From assembly GCF_902459465.1 (NCBI RefSeq), contig NC_047080.1, positions 1,240,001 to 1,304,000 on the forward strand: a stretch of DNA of 64,000 bases. Direction: 5' to 3'. This document shows, piece after piece, positions 1 to 12,700 of the stretch. Position 1 is the first letter of the stretch. Every line of letters begins with the position of its first letter. The stretch comes from Asterias rubens (lineage: Eukaryota). The notes under the pieces are model-generated. The model ran no database searches. It saw only the letters and a program-made list of their open reading frames with translations, and was not told the origin of the DNA. Made by a program: the position numbers and the translations under genes.

Positions 1-123
1 AAAGAGTTGACAATAACCATTTCCATTTAACCAACAACAAATTAGGCTTTTCATGCAACTGTTGCTTTCCATTTGTATTTTACTGGGTACATTTTTTATT
101 TGTTTGGTTTTCCTTCTTAAAGG

Positions 124-2915
124 AACAACTTCGTCACAGTGTAAGGTGTGGTAACCCTGAGTGCAGAGAAGCTGTCCTTTTAAACCCAGGTAAGCAAAGT
201 ATACCGTTGAGCAATATTAACACAACACAGATGTGACCTCTGACGTCATCACTCGAAAACCATAACATAATTCGCGCACATACTGCCGGGTAAAACCTTT
301 GTGTTTTGGCAGCCAGCTAGAAAGTGTATGCAATATTACCATGACTACGCATCTTTTTGCCCGGTGAAATATGACGTGTACAGTGTTTTGTCGACAGAGG
401 GCGGTATAAGCATAGGTCACATTGTCTATATAAACAAATTTATAGAGATTAATGTGGACAGTTGTGTCACCATTCACAAGATGGGCAGTTGAGTTGTCTT
501 AAATGGTTTCTCAGTGTCCGAGAGTAGGAGTGTTTAACATGATGGTATGAATTTATTGAGAATAAATGTAGAATATATATCTTCCTATTTTACTCTCACA
601 GATGGCAGTGTCAAGAAGTGCAGTCAGTGTACATTTGATGGTTTCCCTCCTGATTTCTCCGAGCAGCTGAAACTAGTGGAACAGCAATGCATGGCTAAAC
701 TATCAGCAGCTGAAGAGATTATGTCATTTGGAAATATCCTCTTTGTATAATTTTACTCTGTTTATTCTTAGATACTTTCCCTCTGCTTCTATAAACATGT
801 TTTATTAAAACCCTAACCAAATAAATCCAAAATCTTGTGCTTAAATTTTATTAGTACTATACCCAAAATACCCATTCTTAAATCCAAAGCATATCTCCAA
901 TCAAAGTCCATACATTTTTGACATTTTATAGTGGCTAGAGCAGTCCAGCTATGGATTTCACCAAACTCATCCTAACCTAGGATTAATCTTAGGGCGAGTC
1001 CCAGCCCCGCACTCTAGCATGCAAACCTTAAGATTAATCCTAAGTCTCGTCCTAACTCAAGATAGAATTTATCCTAGGGCTTCGTGAAAATCGGCTGCAG
1101 GTCACAGCCTTGTGACAGGTTTTTATTTAGAGTGTTTAAAGAGTAGGCTTTGAAAACGGCTGCTGGATCCTTCAAAGTTCTTGTTGTTATTTTGTAAGAT
1201 ATGATCTATTACCTCCAAACCACCCTCTGTCAGCCTTAATCCAGGCTTAGTCAATAACATCAAGAGTCCAACGATTTGGGCATTAAGGGGCGTTCCAAGA
1301 AGGTATCTACCCAATGACACAAGGGTTAAAGTTAATGGGTTTGGGGTTGTGTCTTTTGGTTTTGTTCTTCAACTGAATTTCCTTAACTTTACATTTCACA
1401 TTGGCCGAAGATTCTTCAACTGAGTGAGCAGTGTTTAACCCTACAGAAGGGTATACTCCACCCATACCATCACCTGGTACTAGAGACACTCCACTATGCA
1501 ATGGATGCATGTATTCATCTTGAGAAATGGGAGCTAGCTCTTGAGTACGGGCTACGATCTATTGAACATATTGAGTAAGTTTCAAAAGCGTTCTCCTTAT
1601 TTCCAAGAAAGAAATATTGCAAGAATCCATCGGGTAACAATATGATAATATCTGTCTTTGAAATATAGTAAAGTAGACTGTGTACTGCTGGCTTTGCTTT
1701 CATGATAAGATTGTGGGTTCTGCAAATAGTTGGCTTTGAGATGTATATTATATGATCACTCTGGATCTTATCAATTATACTAATTAAAATTGAGATAATT
1801 GAATTGGATTTTGTTGCCTTTTTCAGTTTTCATTGCCCAGGTAACAATCCAAATGCTGCCATCCAGCTGATGAGAGTTGGGAAACTACAACAATACTTGA
1901 AAATGATCCCAGAAGCGACAAAGAATCTACAGAAAGTAAGAATGATGACCAATTTCTTATGTAAAAATCAAAACAATTTCATGCTGTGATGTTGACAAAT
2001 CTATAACAGTTTTTTTCAATATAATTTTGTTGGCTGATAGAGAACAGTTGAATGCATTTTGTAATACAAAGGACACCCTCTTCAGTCCATATTGTAGCAG
2101 GTTGCCTTACTTTTTCTTTCTCGCTACTTTCACATATTCATTGTAGCACTGTCCTAGTGCCTTCTTCAATGGCATTACTTTTCCAGTTTCCCACATGTAC
2201 ATGTTAACAATAAAGACTTCTTAATACAATTTTGAACCACAGCCTATTCTATAAAAAGTGTGAGTAGCAAGTGTGATGAAAGTTTTGCAGTTTTGGGTTT
2301 AACAATGACAAGTTAGTAGAGGGGAACTTGAACCTGGTGACCTCCAGATAAACGTTCCAGAACTTTACCAACTGAGCTTTCAGTGGTCTCTCTATTTCTC
2401 TATTTTGTCAACATCTATGTTCAGGAGTGCCAGTCAGAAGCCATTCAACGTGAAATGTTTCAATGTTAAGTAAATACTGTATGTTTTCTTGAGAAAATAA
2501 AAGATTGGAATGATTTGACTTTATTAAAACATTGTCAGTATGATAAGTTTGTATTTGTTTGTTTTTTTAGGCAGAGAATATAATGCTGATCACCCATGGT
2601 TCAGACCATCCTCTGTTTGCCAGTCTAAAGGAGATGCTGGCGGCTTGTGCGATCGAGAAAAGACAGACGTGTAGACTTGAATCAATAGAAGAAGCAGAAC
2701 CTGACCTCGAAGTTGAACACTTAAACAAATCTATGGAAATTGTGGAGATTACAGATAAGAGTGAGGATGCCTCTCAGGACACTGAAAGTGGACTAAAGGA
2801 TAGTAACGGGGGTGTCTTGAAAAGGGATGATGCAAATGCTTCACAACAATTAAAGGAAAGTGCTGCAAAAAGTACTGATAATGATTCTGCAAAGGTCAGC
2901 AATGACAACACATGA
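124..2915 (+). CDS. SMYD3: SET and MYND domain protein, SMYD3-like (3' part only; 5' exons lie outside the window)
   Basis: Exons 124-189, 602-733, 1400-1574, 1827-1935, 2571-2915. Translation includes LETLHYAMDACIHLEKWELALEYG, PGNNPNAAIQLMRVGKLQ and AENIMLITHGSDHPL, matching the SMYD3 C-terminal TPR-like domain. Intron 734-1399 is AT-AC. Exon 124-189 has a frame problem (see findings). Confidence 0.85.
951..1095. mobile_element. Palindromic MITE remnant rich in CCTAA/TTAGG motifs
   Basis: Internal inverted repeat ctaggattaatcttagg...ccttaagattaatcctaag; ends ggatttcac...gtgaaaatc resemble the elements at 10253 and 20427. Confidence 0.55.
2290..2400 (-). mobile_element. tRNA-derived SINE head remnant
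   Basis: Reverse strand reads agctcagttggta...ggttcaagttccc (A-box and B-box like) without a complete cloverleaf. Confidence 0.45.
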
Positions 2916-4983
2916 AGAAATTGCCTCAAGTAAGCTGAACTTAAAAGTAACTTTTATCCTTCTAAGATGTTTTTGTGTGTTTCCTTAGGTGTAAATACGA
3001 TTCTCTCATCTGCAAGATGTATATCTTACAGTTAACTGACTTTGTAAATCATGTTGCGGATTTTTTTTTTTTTTTGAGGAAGCAACACTGGTTACATTTG
3101 GAGTTCTTTTTTATGTACATGTTTGAAGAAAAGATAAAAGTTACTTTGAAATTGAATAACCAATACATAACTTCAAGTGTCGTGTACGAAACTCATGCAA
3201 CTACAAGAAAATTTACCTTCTGACTTATAGTTGTAATCATGAATACCTAAACATTCACAACAATTAAAGGAAAGTGATAATTTAGTATGCTGCATGGTAA
3301 TAGTGCTAACTAGTTAGAATGTCTTTTTTGCTGGCTTATGAAATAAGTTGGAATACAGCTGGTTTATAAAAGTAATCACAAAGAAAATTGCATTTTTTGT
3401 ATGTGTTCCTGTTGTTCTCCCATTCCTGGCTGATGGATAAGTATTTTGAGATCTAGCAAATTTTATAAATTATGAAAAGTTTGTTCTTTTTCCTTTATGG
3501 TCAGTCGCCAGGGGCCAGGTGAGAAATCATTTTAGTGCAAAACGCATTGAAAGTATATACTGTATTCACAAGAAAAGTGTATAATAAATAATACCTACAA
3601 AAAATAACATTTGGTAAAAATGTGTGGAAGTTGTATTCAATTTTGGAGAACTATGTTTTTTTACACTGCCGAATTCTTACCCTTTTGTCTTGGAACAAAA
3701 AGACAGACCCTCTGAGAAACATATTTTCCACAAGGTTATTTGTAATTCGGTCGCAAAAAGTATAAAATCTTATAAAACCTTGCACAGTTTTGCATTTTTT
3801 GTATTTTATACATTTGGCAGTGATTTGATTTTTTTAAAATCACATTAATGATATTTGATTTGAAACCATTACAGCACCTCATTGTTCACAATGATGTGAT
3901 TTTGAAAGAGAAATTAAAAGCAAATGTGAAAATGGTTTTGTTTTGTAGATATTTGTAAAGTTTTGAATCGTACATATCAATGCATGGTTTATTATCGTAT
4001 TGATATTGAAGTATAAATACTATTTTTATATATACTGAAAATATTTGTAAAAAGAACAATTTTCTTGAGCATTATAGCAGTAAATGAAAAGATTGACAAA
4101 AAGAGTCAATATCGAATGCATGTAAAATATTAATCCCGTGAAATAAGTTTTTGTTTTTTTCCTCTTTTCATATTTTTGTATCATATAGGGTTGATAAACA
4201 AGAATAAAGCAAAGTATTTTCTGTGCGATATTTTTTCTATTCTTCATAGTCATTTATTATGTCTATATGTTTTATACTAGCATGAAGTGAACCCCTCCAT
4301 ATCCCCAAAATAATTTCGTTCATAAACGTTAGTTTGAAATTCATAGCTCTTAGTTTATCTTGGTTGCTTTTCCTTTTGAAAGTGCCACAAATAGTTGTCA
4401 GGAGGGGAAGAAAATATGTACACATAAAACTGCCGTCGGTCGATATTGTTCGCACACCGAATGAAATAGTCGTTGGGCGCATGGGTCTGATATGGTTTGG
4501 TTTTTTTAAATTTGGGCAGAACATCGTTGCAGAAAAGGATAATACTGCAACGCTTACACACGTGAATGGAGGTATTGTAAAAATAATTAGTGTGTTATAT
4601 TTTATTTGTCATTAAGGGCTGTCGTCTCCCCCTGGGCTTGACTATTTTTATTTTGTACAAAATATCAAAATATAAAAAATTACATCGTTTCAATTATGTT
4701 GCATCTAATTCGTGAGAAATATTACATGCAACTTATAATATATAAAAAAAGGCCAGTAAATTTCTTGTATTTACGAAAAAACAACCACCCACTTTATTAT
4801 TTATTGATCGTTATTTGTGTTATGAATGATTTATTTTTATGCCCACTCGAAACTTTAGTTATAGTTATTACTTTGTATACTTTATAAAAAATATACGGAA
4901 ATACATAGTTGTGCTTGTGGCAAACATGATTGATACAAAGTTGTGGCATGGGGGAATTTATTCCTGCATGGTTGTGGGTGGTC

Positions 4984-5000
4984 TGGCCGGAAAATGGCAG
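4984..5000 (+). promoter_or_regulatory. Putative core promoter of the zinc-finger gene (ETS plus YY1-like motif)
   Basis: ccggaaaatggcag combines CCGGAA and AAAATGGC; it is followed by a donor at 5189 (cag|gtgaga) and an acceptor at 5305. Confidence 0.35.
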
Positions 5001-5024
5001 AGCTGATTTTGACATCCCTGGCAG

Positions 5025-5094
5025 TAGTTGCGATAATCGTAACCCTCCATCCTCCGACCGTCGGGAGGATGGAGGGTTACGATTATCGCAACTA
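5025..5094. mobile_element. 70-bp almost fully palindromic mini-element with target-site duplication
   Basis: Arms tagttgcgataatcgtaaccctccatcctcc(c)gac, near-perfect; flanked by direct repeat ccctggcag at 5016-5024 and 5095-5103. Confidence 0.8.
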
Positions 5095-5434
5095 CCCTGG
5101 CAGTGGCTTAACAATATACTTGTTTTTGAAAGTTAAATGCACTCAATCTGTTAAAGATTTTATTTTAAGATAATGTCTACCTGACCAGGTGAGAATTGGG
5201 TAGCAAACTTAGCTGACACTTGTTTAGTGACACCCATAATCATAATGCATTTCATTTAATTAAATGTTCTCATTCCTACTGTTTTGTTGTTGTTGCTATT
5301 TTCAGGGTTCAACTTGTAGCTAGGGAGTTCCTCCCTCCTGACCTGACTTGACCTGACCTCATCTAGTGTTGTAAAAAGGAGCTGCTCAATTGTTTCATCA
5401 GGATTGAGATGAACAAAGATTTTTCTGCATCAAG

Positions 5435-7560
5435 ATGCGGTTTATTGAGAATCCTGAGTTAAGAGAATGGGTGAAAGAAAACTTGTGCAGGACAGTCTTT
5501 CAAAAGGTTAGTTGATTAAAAAAAAGAGTTTTCTAAATTGTCTCTTGTACCTCTCCAGACATGTTCAGCTTATTTCATCTTTTTCCCCCAAAGAATGACG
5601 TTGAAAACTAGGGGTTTAGGGCTAAGAGTTAAGTTTGATGTAAAATTGTATACAATGGTACACCGGTACAGACTGCCTTCACAGCACAAGTTAGCTCTAC
5701 CTACAATTTTATAGTTTTGGTTGGTTTTTGTGGGGGGGTTTTCAGGAAAATATAGGGATTTGAAAACTAAAAATTTGTACGTTTGTGTGTTTTTTTACTT
5801 TCTAATTACAGGCACATGAGTTGGCTGTGCAAACTGGTTGTGAAGTACTGGTCAAACTACAGGATGGAGCTAACCAATCCGGCCAGTATTATGCCACCAG
5901 GGCCCTTCATCTTTTGTACAAAGGGAAAGGATTGACCAAGCAACCATGGGAGGTGACAGTATCAGGGATCACTGGACTTCCAGAAACCGTCTTGGTGGAC
6001 AAAAGCAGCCAAAGTGATGGATGGAAGGAGGATGGGGGTTCTAAGGAGGATGCAGTGGAGGTTGTGTCGGAAGAGATGACCTCATCTTCATTAAACTTGG
6101 GGGACTACCAAGTAACATCTGCTTCAAGTGTCCTCAATGGTCAAAGTGTTTGCTGTGTGGATAATGCCCAAGCTGTAACTAGAACTGAAGAGAGTATAAA
6201 GGGATCTGTTATTGTGAAAGAGGAACATGAACTTGGACAGTTTGCAGAGCCCTGCTCCTCGTCAATCCATTCACATAACCATGATTTTGGAATATTTAGA
6301 GTACTTTCAGAAAACAAGGGAAGCTTTCCTGATCAGTATCAACCAAATGATGAGTTGAACTCTCTTTGTGATTATAACGGTAATGATAATGAAAGTGGTC
6401 TGACTTTAGCCAAGTCTGATGATACAATGAATCAAACTCTGTTCCAAAGTCAAATTTGTGCAGCCTCTGTAGGAACAGATCAAAACCAAACTGAGATTCA
6501 TTGTGAGGAAACTGAAACAGTAGTGCCAACTCCTAGGCCATACAAGTGTGGAATCTGTAGCAAGACATTTGGTAGTATCCAGATACTGAGCCGGCATGCC
6601 CAGATAAACCATGGAATGGACAGGCAAATGAGTTTCTTCTGTGATGTGTGCGGGCAGAGCTACAAGTTGGCACAACATTTACAGCGCCATATGCACATGC
6701 ATCGCACTGTGATGCCTTACATTTGTTCTGTATGCCATAAGGGTTTCTTCAATGGGACAAGCTTGATCAAACATGAGAAGGTTCACCAAAAATTCAGTGA
6801 CAAGGTTTGCACAGTATTTCACTGCCAGATCTGTCTAAAATATTTTCCGCAGGTGTCTGAGCTGGATGAACATGCAAAGCAGGTTCATGGAAGCCGAAGA
6901 TGTGCTTCGGGTGCTCCATCATCTCAGCATGCTTTCCCCACACCAACAACTGATGAAATCACAGAAGGAGACACTCAAGATGTTTTAGAAGAAACCTTTC
7001 AAAATGATAACTTTCTCTCCGACACAACTGCCCTGCCTGGCGGTAGTTTAAGACCAGTGTCTCCACAAGTCATTCTTGACTCCTCCGAGAATTCTGGCTC
7101 TCCACATTCCAAAACAGAACATAGCAAAAAGAAAGATGACAACCAAGAAACTACCCCTGGTAGCCCCATCAGCAGCATCGCTGATACTTTCAGCAATGCC
7201 CCAAACACAAACTCAGGGATTCGTCTGGCCTTTAAAAGAAACATTGGACTGATATCAAGCGGGAGTCAATCCTCCAACTTGTTCAGATTGAATAGACATA
7301 ATTGCAATATCTGTGGGAAGAGTTACAAGTACAACTTCTCTTTAAAGGAACATCTTCTCACTCATGCCAGTGTGCCTCAGTTTTCTTGTAAGATTTGTGG
7401 AACTAAGTTTACCCGAAGACGTCAGTTAAGAGATCACATGTTCCGACACAGTGGATTGTACCCCTACCATTGTGAGATTTGTGGCAAGGGATGTATTCGG
7501 CCATCTACACTGAAAAGACACCAGACAGAACGTCATCGGATGCTCAATGAGGAACTTTAA
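5435..7560 (+). CDS. C2H2 zinc-finger protein (7 fingers, 4+3) with N-terminal degenerate MADS-box-like domain, about 606 aa
   Basis: Coding exons 5435-5506 (MRFIENPELREWVKENLCRTVFQK) and 5812-7560, joined in phase 0 by a GT-AG intron. Seven CxxC-x12-HxxxH(H) units; acidic low-complexity linker. Confidence 0.9.
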
Positions 7561-7753
7561 TTACAATCATTGTCAAACTCTTCTCTTGTTGTTAAACTCG
7601 ATGGGCTCAGGTTTTGTTCTTTTTAGTATAGATCTTTATCATGCTGCCTCCATCTTGGTCATGTTCCTTGTATCGAATAACAATAATGAATGCTAATAAT
7701 CGTTATGCAAATAGGAACCAGACTCTTTTGTTCTTCAAGCCTCGGAATTGTTA

Positions 7754-7880
7754 GGCCAAGTCGAAACGGCGACTTCGGCTACAACTACGGCTAGATCGCA
7801 CACGTCTGCTATTCTTCAACACTGGTAGACGCGCTGATCTAGACGTAGCTGTAGCCGAAGTCGTCGTTTCGGACACGGCC
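7754..7880. mobile_element. PIF/Harbinger-like (Tourist-type) MITE just 3' of the zinc-finger stop codon
   Basis: Long inverted repeat ggccaagtcgaaacggcgacttcggctac...gtagccgaagtcgtcgtttcggacacggcc flanked by TTA on both sides (7751-7753, 7881-7883). Confidence 0.75.
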
Positions 7881-9759
7881 TTACATTGATATTAATGGGG
7901 ACATTGCAAGATGGCTGCACCATGGTAAAGGTCTATTGGGAACAAGATCCTAGTGTGTGATTTCATCTTTGAAGGGTCAAATGCTAGCATGAAAGTGCAC
8001 TCACAGGTATTATAAAAATCATTGTTGCATTTTAGTCTAAAATCCTACTTAATATTATGGAGTCATATATTTGGTAAAACTAAATCTGAAAACAGTGCTG
8101 AAAATGGTGCATGGTTTGTCACATGTACACTGCGCTATTCTGTCAGCTCTACAAATCCTGTGAAAGACATTCAATAATTGTTTTTTAATTTAATGCAAAC
8201 AACCCCTAGGACCAGATGATACGATTTTTTTTTTTATTTATTCACAAATGTGTGTGACAGTTTATCAGACAGGTAATGAAAAATTTACTCAAAAGTTTTA
8301 CATCTTTTCCAACATTATTAAGCTATTTAACAAAATGGGCATTTATGATTGCGAATAAAAGAGTAGTAACTCGGTCTTTGGGGCGGTTAAAGCCTTGCAG
8401 GTTCGTGGGTGTGTGATAAAGGACATTGACCTTCACCTCTGTCCTTTATTGCACCACCACTACTCTCCCAGTTTTAAGCAACCAGTTGTGACCTTGATGC
8501 CACTCTTTTAGTCTCTTGTTTATTTATTTATGTATTTATCAATGTATGTATTAATCAACAGTTTTTTTTTCAGTATTATCAGCTTGTTTCTGATTGGATA
8601 GTTCGCTGTTATCAAAAGAGATTGTACGGGTAGTAATTTATCTGTTTCGGGGGGGGGGGGGGGGCCGGCTCCCTTCTTTTTTTTCTTTTACTTGAGGACT
8701 GAAATGCAGGGTTCTCAACAATTACATAAAGGTGAAAAAAGTGGGGTTTGGGGTTTTAAATTTCTTCCTTTCTTTTTTTTCGGGTGGGAGGGGGGTGGGT
8801 TGGGGTAATTTTGGGTTACAGAAGTTCTCTCTAACTTGTCACTGGGAAAAGCTTTGTAACTGACCAAATTATAAGTGTAGTGCAGCATTATAATTTCTTC
8901 TTTCTTGTCCTCTCTATGCTGTTTTCATTGTTTGGCACACTATGGTCTTGTCTTATGACTGGCTCACACACAACTCTCTGTGTATGATGTCACTCTTCCC
9001 ACCACAAACAAAAGTTCAATGGGTTTACAACAAGGCCAAGGTAGAATTTCTTAAACCAATAAGTGCAGTATTATAAAGTAATGGATTATGTAGCCATCAT
9101 TTGAATTGGAAATTAATTTGAAAATGAATAAATTAATATATTATACAAAGGTCTCAATTTGTATTGTGGGTTTCTTTTCAATGTAAATACACTAAGAGAA
9201 AATGTATTATATTGGCACACAGGCACTAGTAGTGCTAATGTGATGGCATGAAATATTGTATAGTGTGGTTTTAAACAAAATGAGTAAATACTGTTAATAA
9301 TACAAGTTGTCACACAGAAAAACATGTGTATGCTTTTTATCTAACAAACATCAAATATACAAAACACAACTCAAGATCTTTGCCCCCCCCCCTTAAATGT
9401 CTGGTTACCCCATTGAGCAAAAGTGGCCTTGACTTTTCGATTGGAAAGTGTCTCTGTCCTTACTCTATGGTGTGCCAAAGTGGGACTTGTATGAATCGGT
9501 GTGCCATAGTCATTAGCAATAATACCTACAGCATGTCTGCTGTATTATGGTGACATTACAGTGGAAAACAGACTTGTGTGGTGTTAAGCTACAGTTATAG
9601 TGGCATTTTGACCTTTGGGGTATGGTGTGCGAGTGCCGTGATCGAGCATTGGTAGAAACACTGTACCACGCGCAGGTGTACGGTATACTGCCAAGCTCTA
9701 AAATACCATCCAGTCAGAATTCAAGTCCAAAGGTAACCATTCCTTTAGCAGTGAGCAAG

Positions 9760-12700
9760 ATGTTCTTCAAGGGCTCAACAACTTGTCTTCTGTTTCTTAG
9801 CTTAGTCTGTGTCCAGATCCACATTTCACATGAGGAGCTGAGTACGGACGTGGACGAGGCCAGAGAGTTTTTGGCAAACTATGGAGCCACGGCTAAGGTG
9901 GTGTACTTTGCAAGTTATCTGGCTACCTGGTCATACTCTACTAACATCACCGATTATAACCAGCAAAAAGATGTATGTATTCTTATTTATTCGTTCAAAA
10001 TGTGTTTTTTACAGATCACAGACTGTCCCTTGCTGTACTATAAGACCATGAAACCCTTGATAAATGTTCATAAAAGAGCTATATAGAGCTTTTATTCCTG
10101 GTCGGGGTTGACTGACAGGCACGTTAGATACAAATCTGACATTAGAGATCGCACTGTCTGATTTTTTAAAACTTGTCATATTATATAAAAACTTGTTCAG
10201 CTGCTATTGTACCTCTTGAATGCATGCATGACACAGTTTCCAATTTGACCAGGGGTGGATTTCACAAAGGTAGTTCTAACTAAGAGATAGGACCAGTCCT
10301 AAGTTAGGACCAGTAACTCATCCTAACTTAGGACCAGTCTTATCTCTTAGCATTGCCTAGGACTAGTCCTAAGTTAGGACTACCTTTGTGAAATCCACCC
10401 CAGTCTTGCCTATCAGAAAGTTCATGGAATGCAAGGTCATGTTGACCTATTCAGTCTTGGTTGGCAAACTGGTTTATGGGCAGTTGTGGTTGTGTCGGTG
10501 TGTGCCAGTGCATTATCAATCGTGAAAATGGGTGGGATAGCTAGTTCGCACTTATGAATCTTCATATACTGAGTTGATGGGTTTTAAATGAGAAAATAAA
10601 TTGTTCGGGTTAATTTTTCAGTTGGAAGCCGGACTAGTCGCAGCCGCCTTCGACAGGGAAGCCTATGAGAACGCCACCAAATTTGACGAGACAGGTTTTC
10701 CAGATGACATTAAGAGACAACTTAAGAAACTCAAAGACATTGGATCTGCTGCATTGGAGCCTAGCAAAGTTGAAAGGGTAAGATATATTGCATTAACTAC
10801 GTGGGTTTTTGTATACTTGTTTTCAACTTCATCTCCTATTAAAATTGTGATCAGAACCCGGGACTAACTTTCAGGGTCCGGGCAGGCATTATTTCCACAC
10901 AAAAAGGATTTCCCCTTTCATTTTGTGTCAAGGGCAAAAGAGCAAGGTCGCTTGACTTTATTCGGACAAAGTGAAACTCAAGTCCAATCAAAATGGACAA
11001 GAAAAAGTGGGGCGATTTCAACTGGTGTTGTTTCACTTCTCAAAAAATTGCTTCAACTGTACCGTAATTTAGTGTTCACTTTCTCAATGGTATCTGTTTT
11101 TTATAGTACAATGAATTGACCAGCACCATGTCTGGAAATTACGGCTCTGCTTCGGTATGTCGACCGGATAATTCAAATGAATGCCTACAGATAGAACCCG
11201 GTATGCCCACAGTAACTAATACTTCCTTTATATAATTATTAATTTTTGTATAATTTAAAGGCAGTGGACACTGTTGGTAATTACTCAAAATAATTATTAG
11301 TATAGAACCTTTCTTCATGACGAGTAATGGGGAGAGGTTGATGGTCTTAAACATTGTGAGAAACGGCTCCCTCTGAAGTGCCATAGTTTTCGAGAAGAAG
11401 TAATTTTCCACGAATTTGATTTCGAGACCTCAGATTTAGAACTTGAGGTCTCTAAATCAACCATCTAAACGCACACAACTTCGTGTGACAGGGGTGTTTT
11501 TCTTCTTCATTATTATCTCGCAAGTTCGATGACCGATTGAGCTCAAATTTTCACAGGTTTGTTATTTTATGCATATGTTGAGATACAGCAACTGTGAACG
11601 CTAGTCTTTGACAATTACCAATAGTGTCCACTGCCTTTAACAACAATGGGTCACATTGGGAACTTTCCATAACACGTGTTTTCAAATTTTAATTGCATGA
11701 TGCTTTCTTATCAGGTTTGGGTAAAGTCATGGCTACCTCTGAAGACTGGGAAGAGCTATTGTGGGCCTGGCAAGGATTCCGAGATGAAGTCGGGATACCA
11801 AACAAACCACTCTACAGAGAGTATGTGGCACTGGCCAATGAAGCTTCTCGTCTCAACGGTACGTTTAGGCCGCGTCCAAAATGGCCGTTATGGCTACGGC
11901 TACTGTTGCTCAGGATATTATAGTCCTAGCGGCCTTATACTTTCGTATTATACTACAGTATCTGTGTACAGAGGAAGGGCTACTCAGGAGGTTGCTTTTA
12001 CATGTACATGTAGTTCAAAGCCCGCGGTGACTCGAAGTAAAGGAAGAAATGTTCACTCTAGACTTATATGAAGAGCATTTTGCAGAGCACTGCTAGCTTT
12101 ATTATAATGATCTCCGTTGCTGTTTTGGGGGCAACGATGACACTAAATATCCACCGGGAAAGTAAGGTATCTTGCAATGATATAATTGATTTATGCACAC
12201 AATTGCGATTTACTAAAATAATGTGTATTTCATTCTAGGTTTTTCTGACATGGGCGATTACTGGAGATCTGAGTACGGGGGTGATACCATTGCGCAAGCG
12301 TATGAGCTTTATAATCAGATCCTACCATTGTACAAGCAGCTTCATGCCTACGTCAGACGCATCATGAATACCAAACACAGCGATCACGTGGATCTAACTG
12401 GACGTATCCCAGGCAACCTACTCGGTGGATATGGCTAACATTTTTATTTTCATCATAAAGAACATAATATGTTTGTAAAGTAAAAGATGTCCAATTATCC
12501 ATCTCAGTTGAAGCATTTCAACGAACTAAATAAAATGATTCGTTGTGCTATCTTGTGCAATAATGTATCATTGCTGCACAAAGTATACCGTAACCGGTAT
12601 TAATCTAACCTATTTAGGTTCCCGATAGGCGACATTTTTCAAGCAACAACTGGGTTCGGCTTAGAGCCGTAACCAGCCTTTTTCTCGCAAGGTATTTTAA

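Noticed and set aside
9622-9759. In-frame upstream ATG extending peptidase copy A by 46 aa
   Set aside because: The signal peptide begins at ATG 9760, matching the start of copy B; nothing shows the extension is transcribed.
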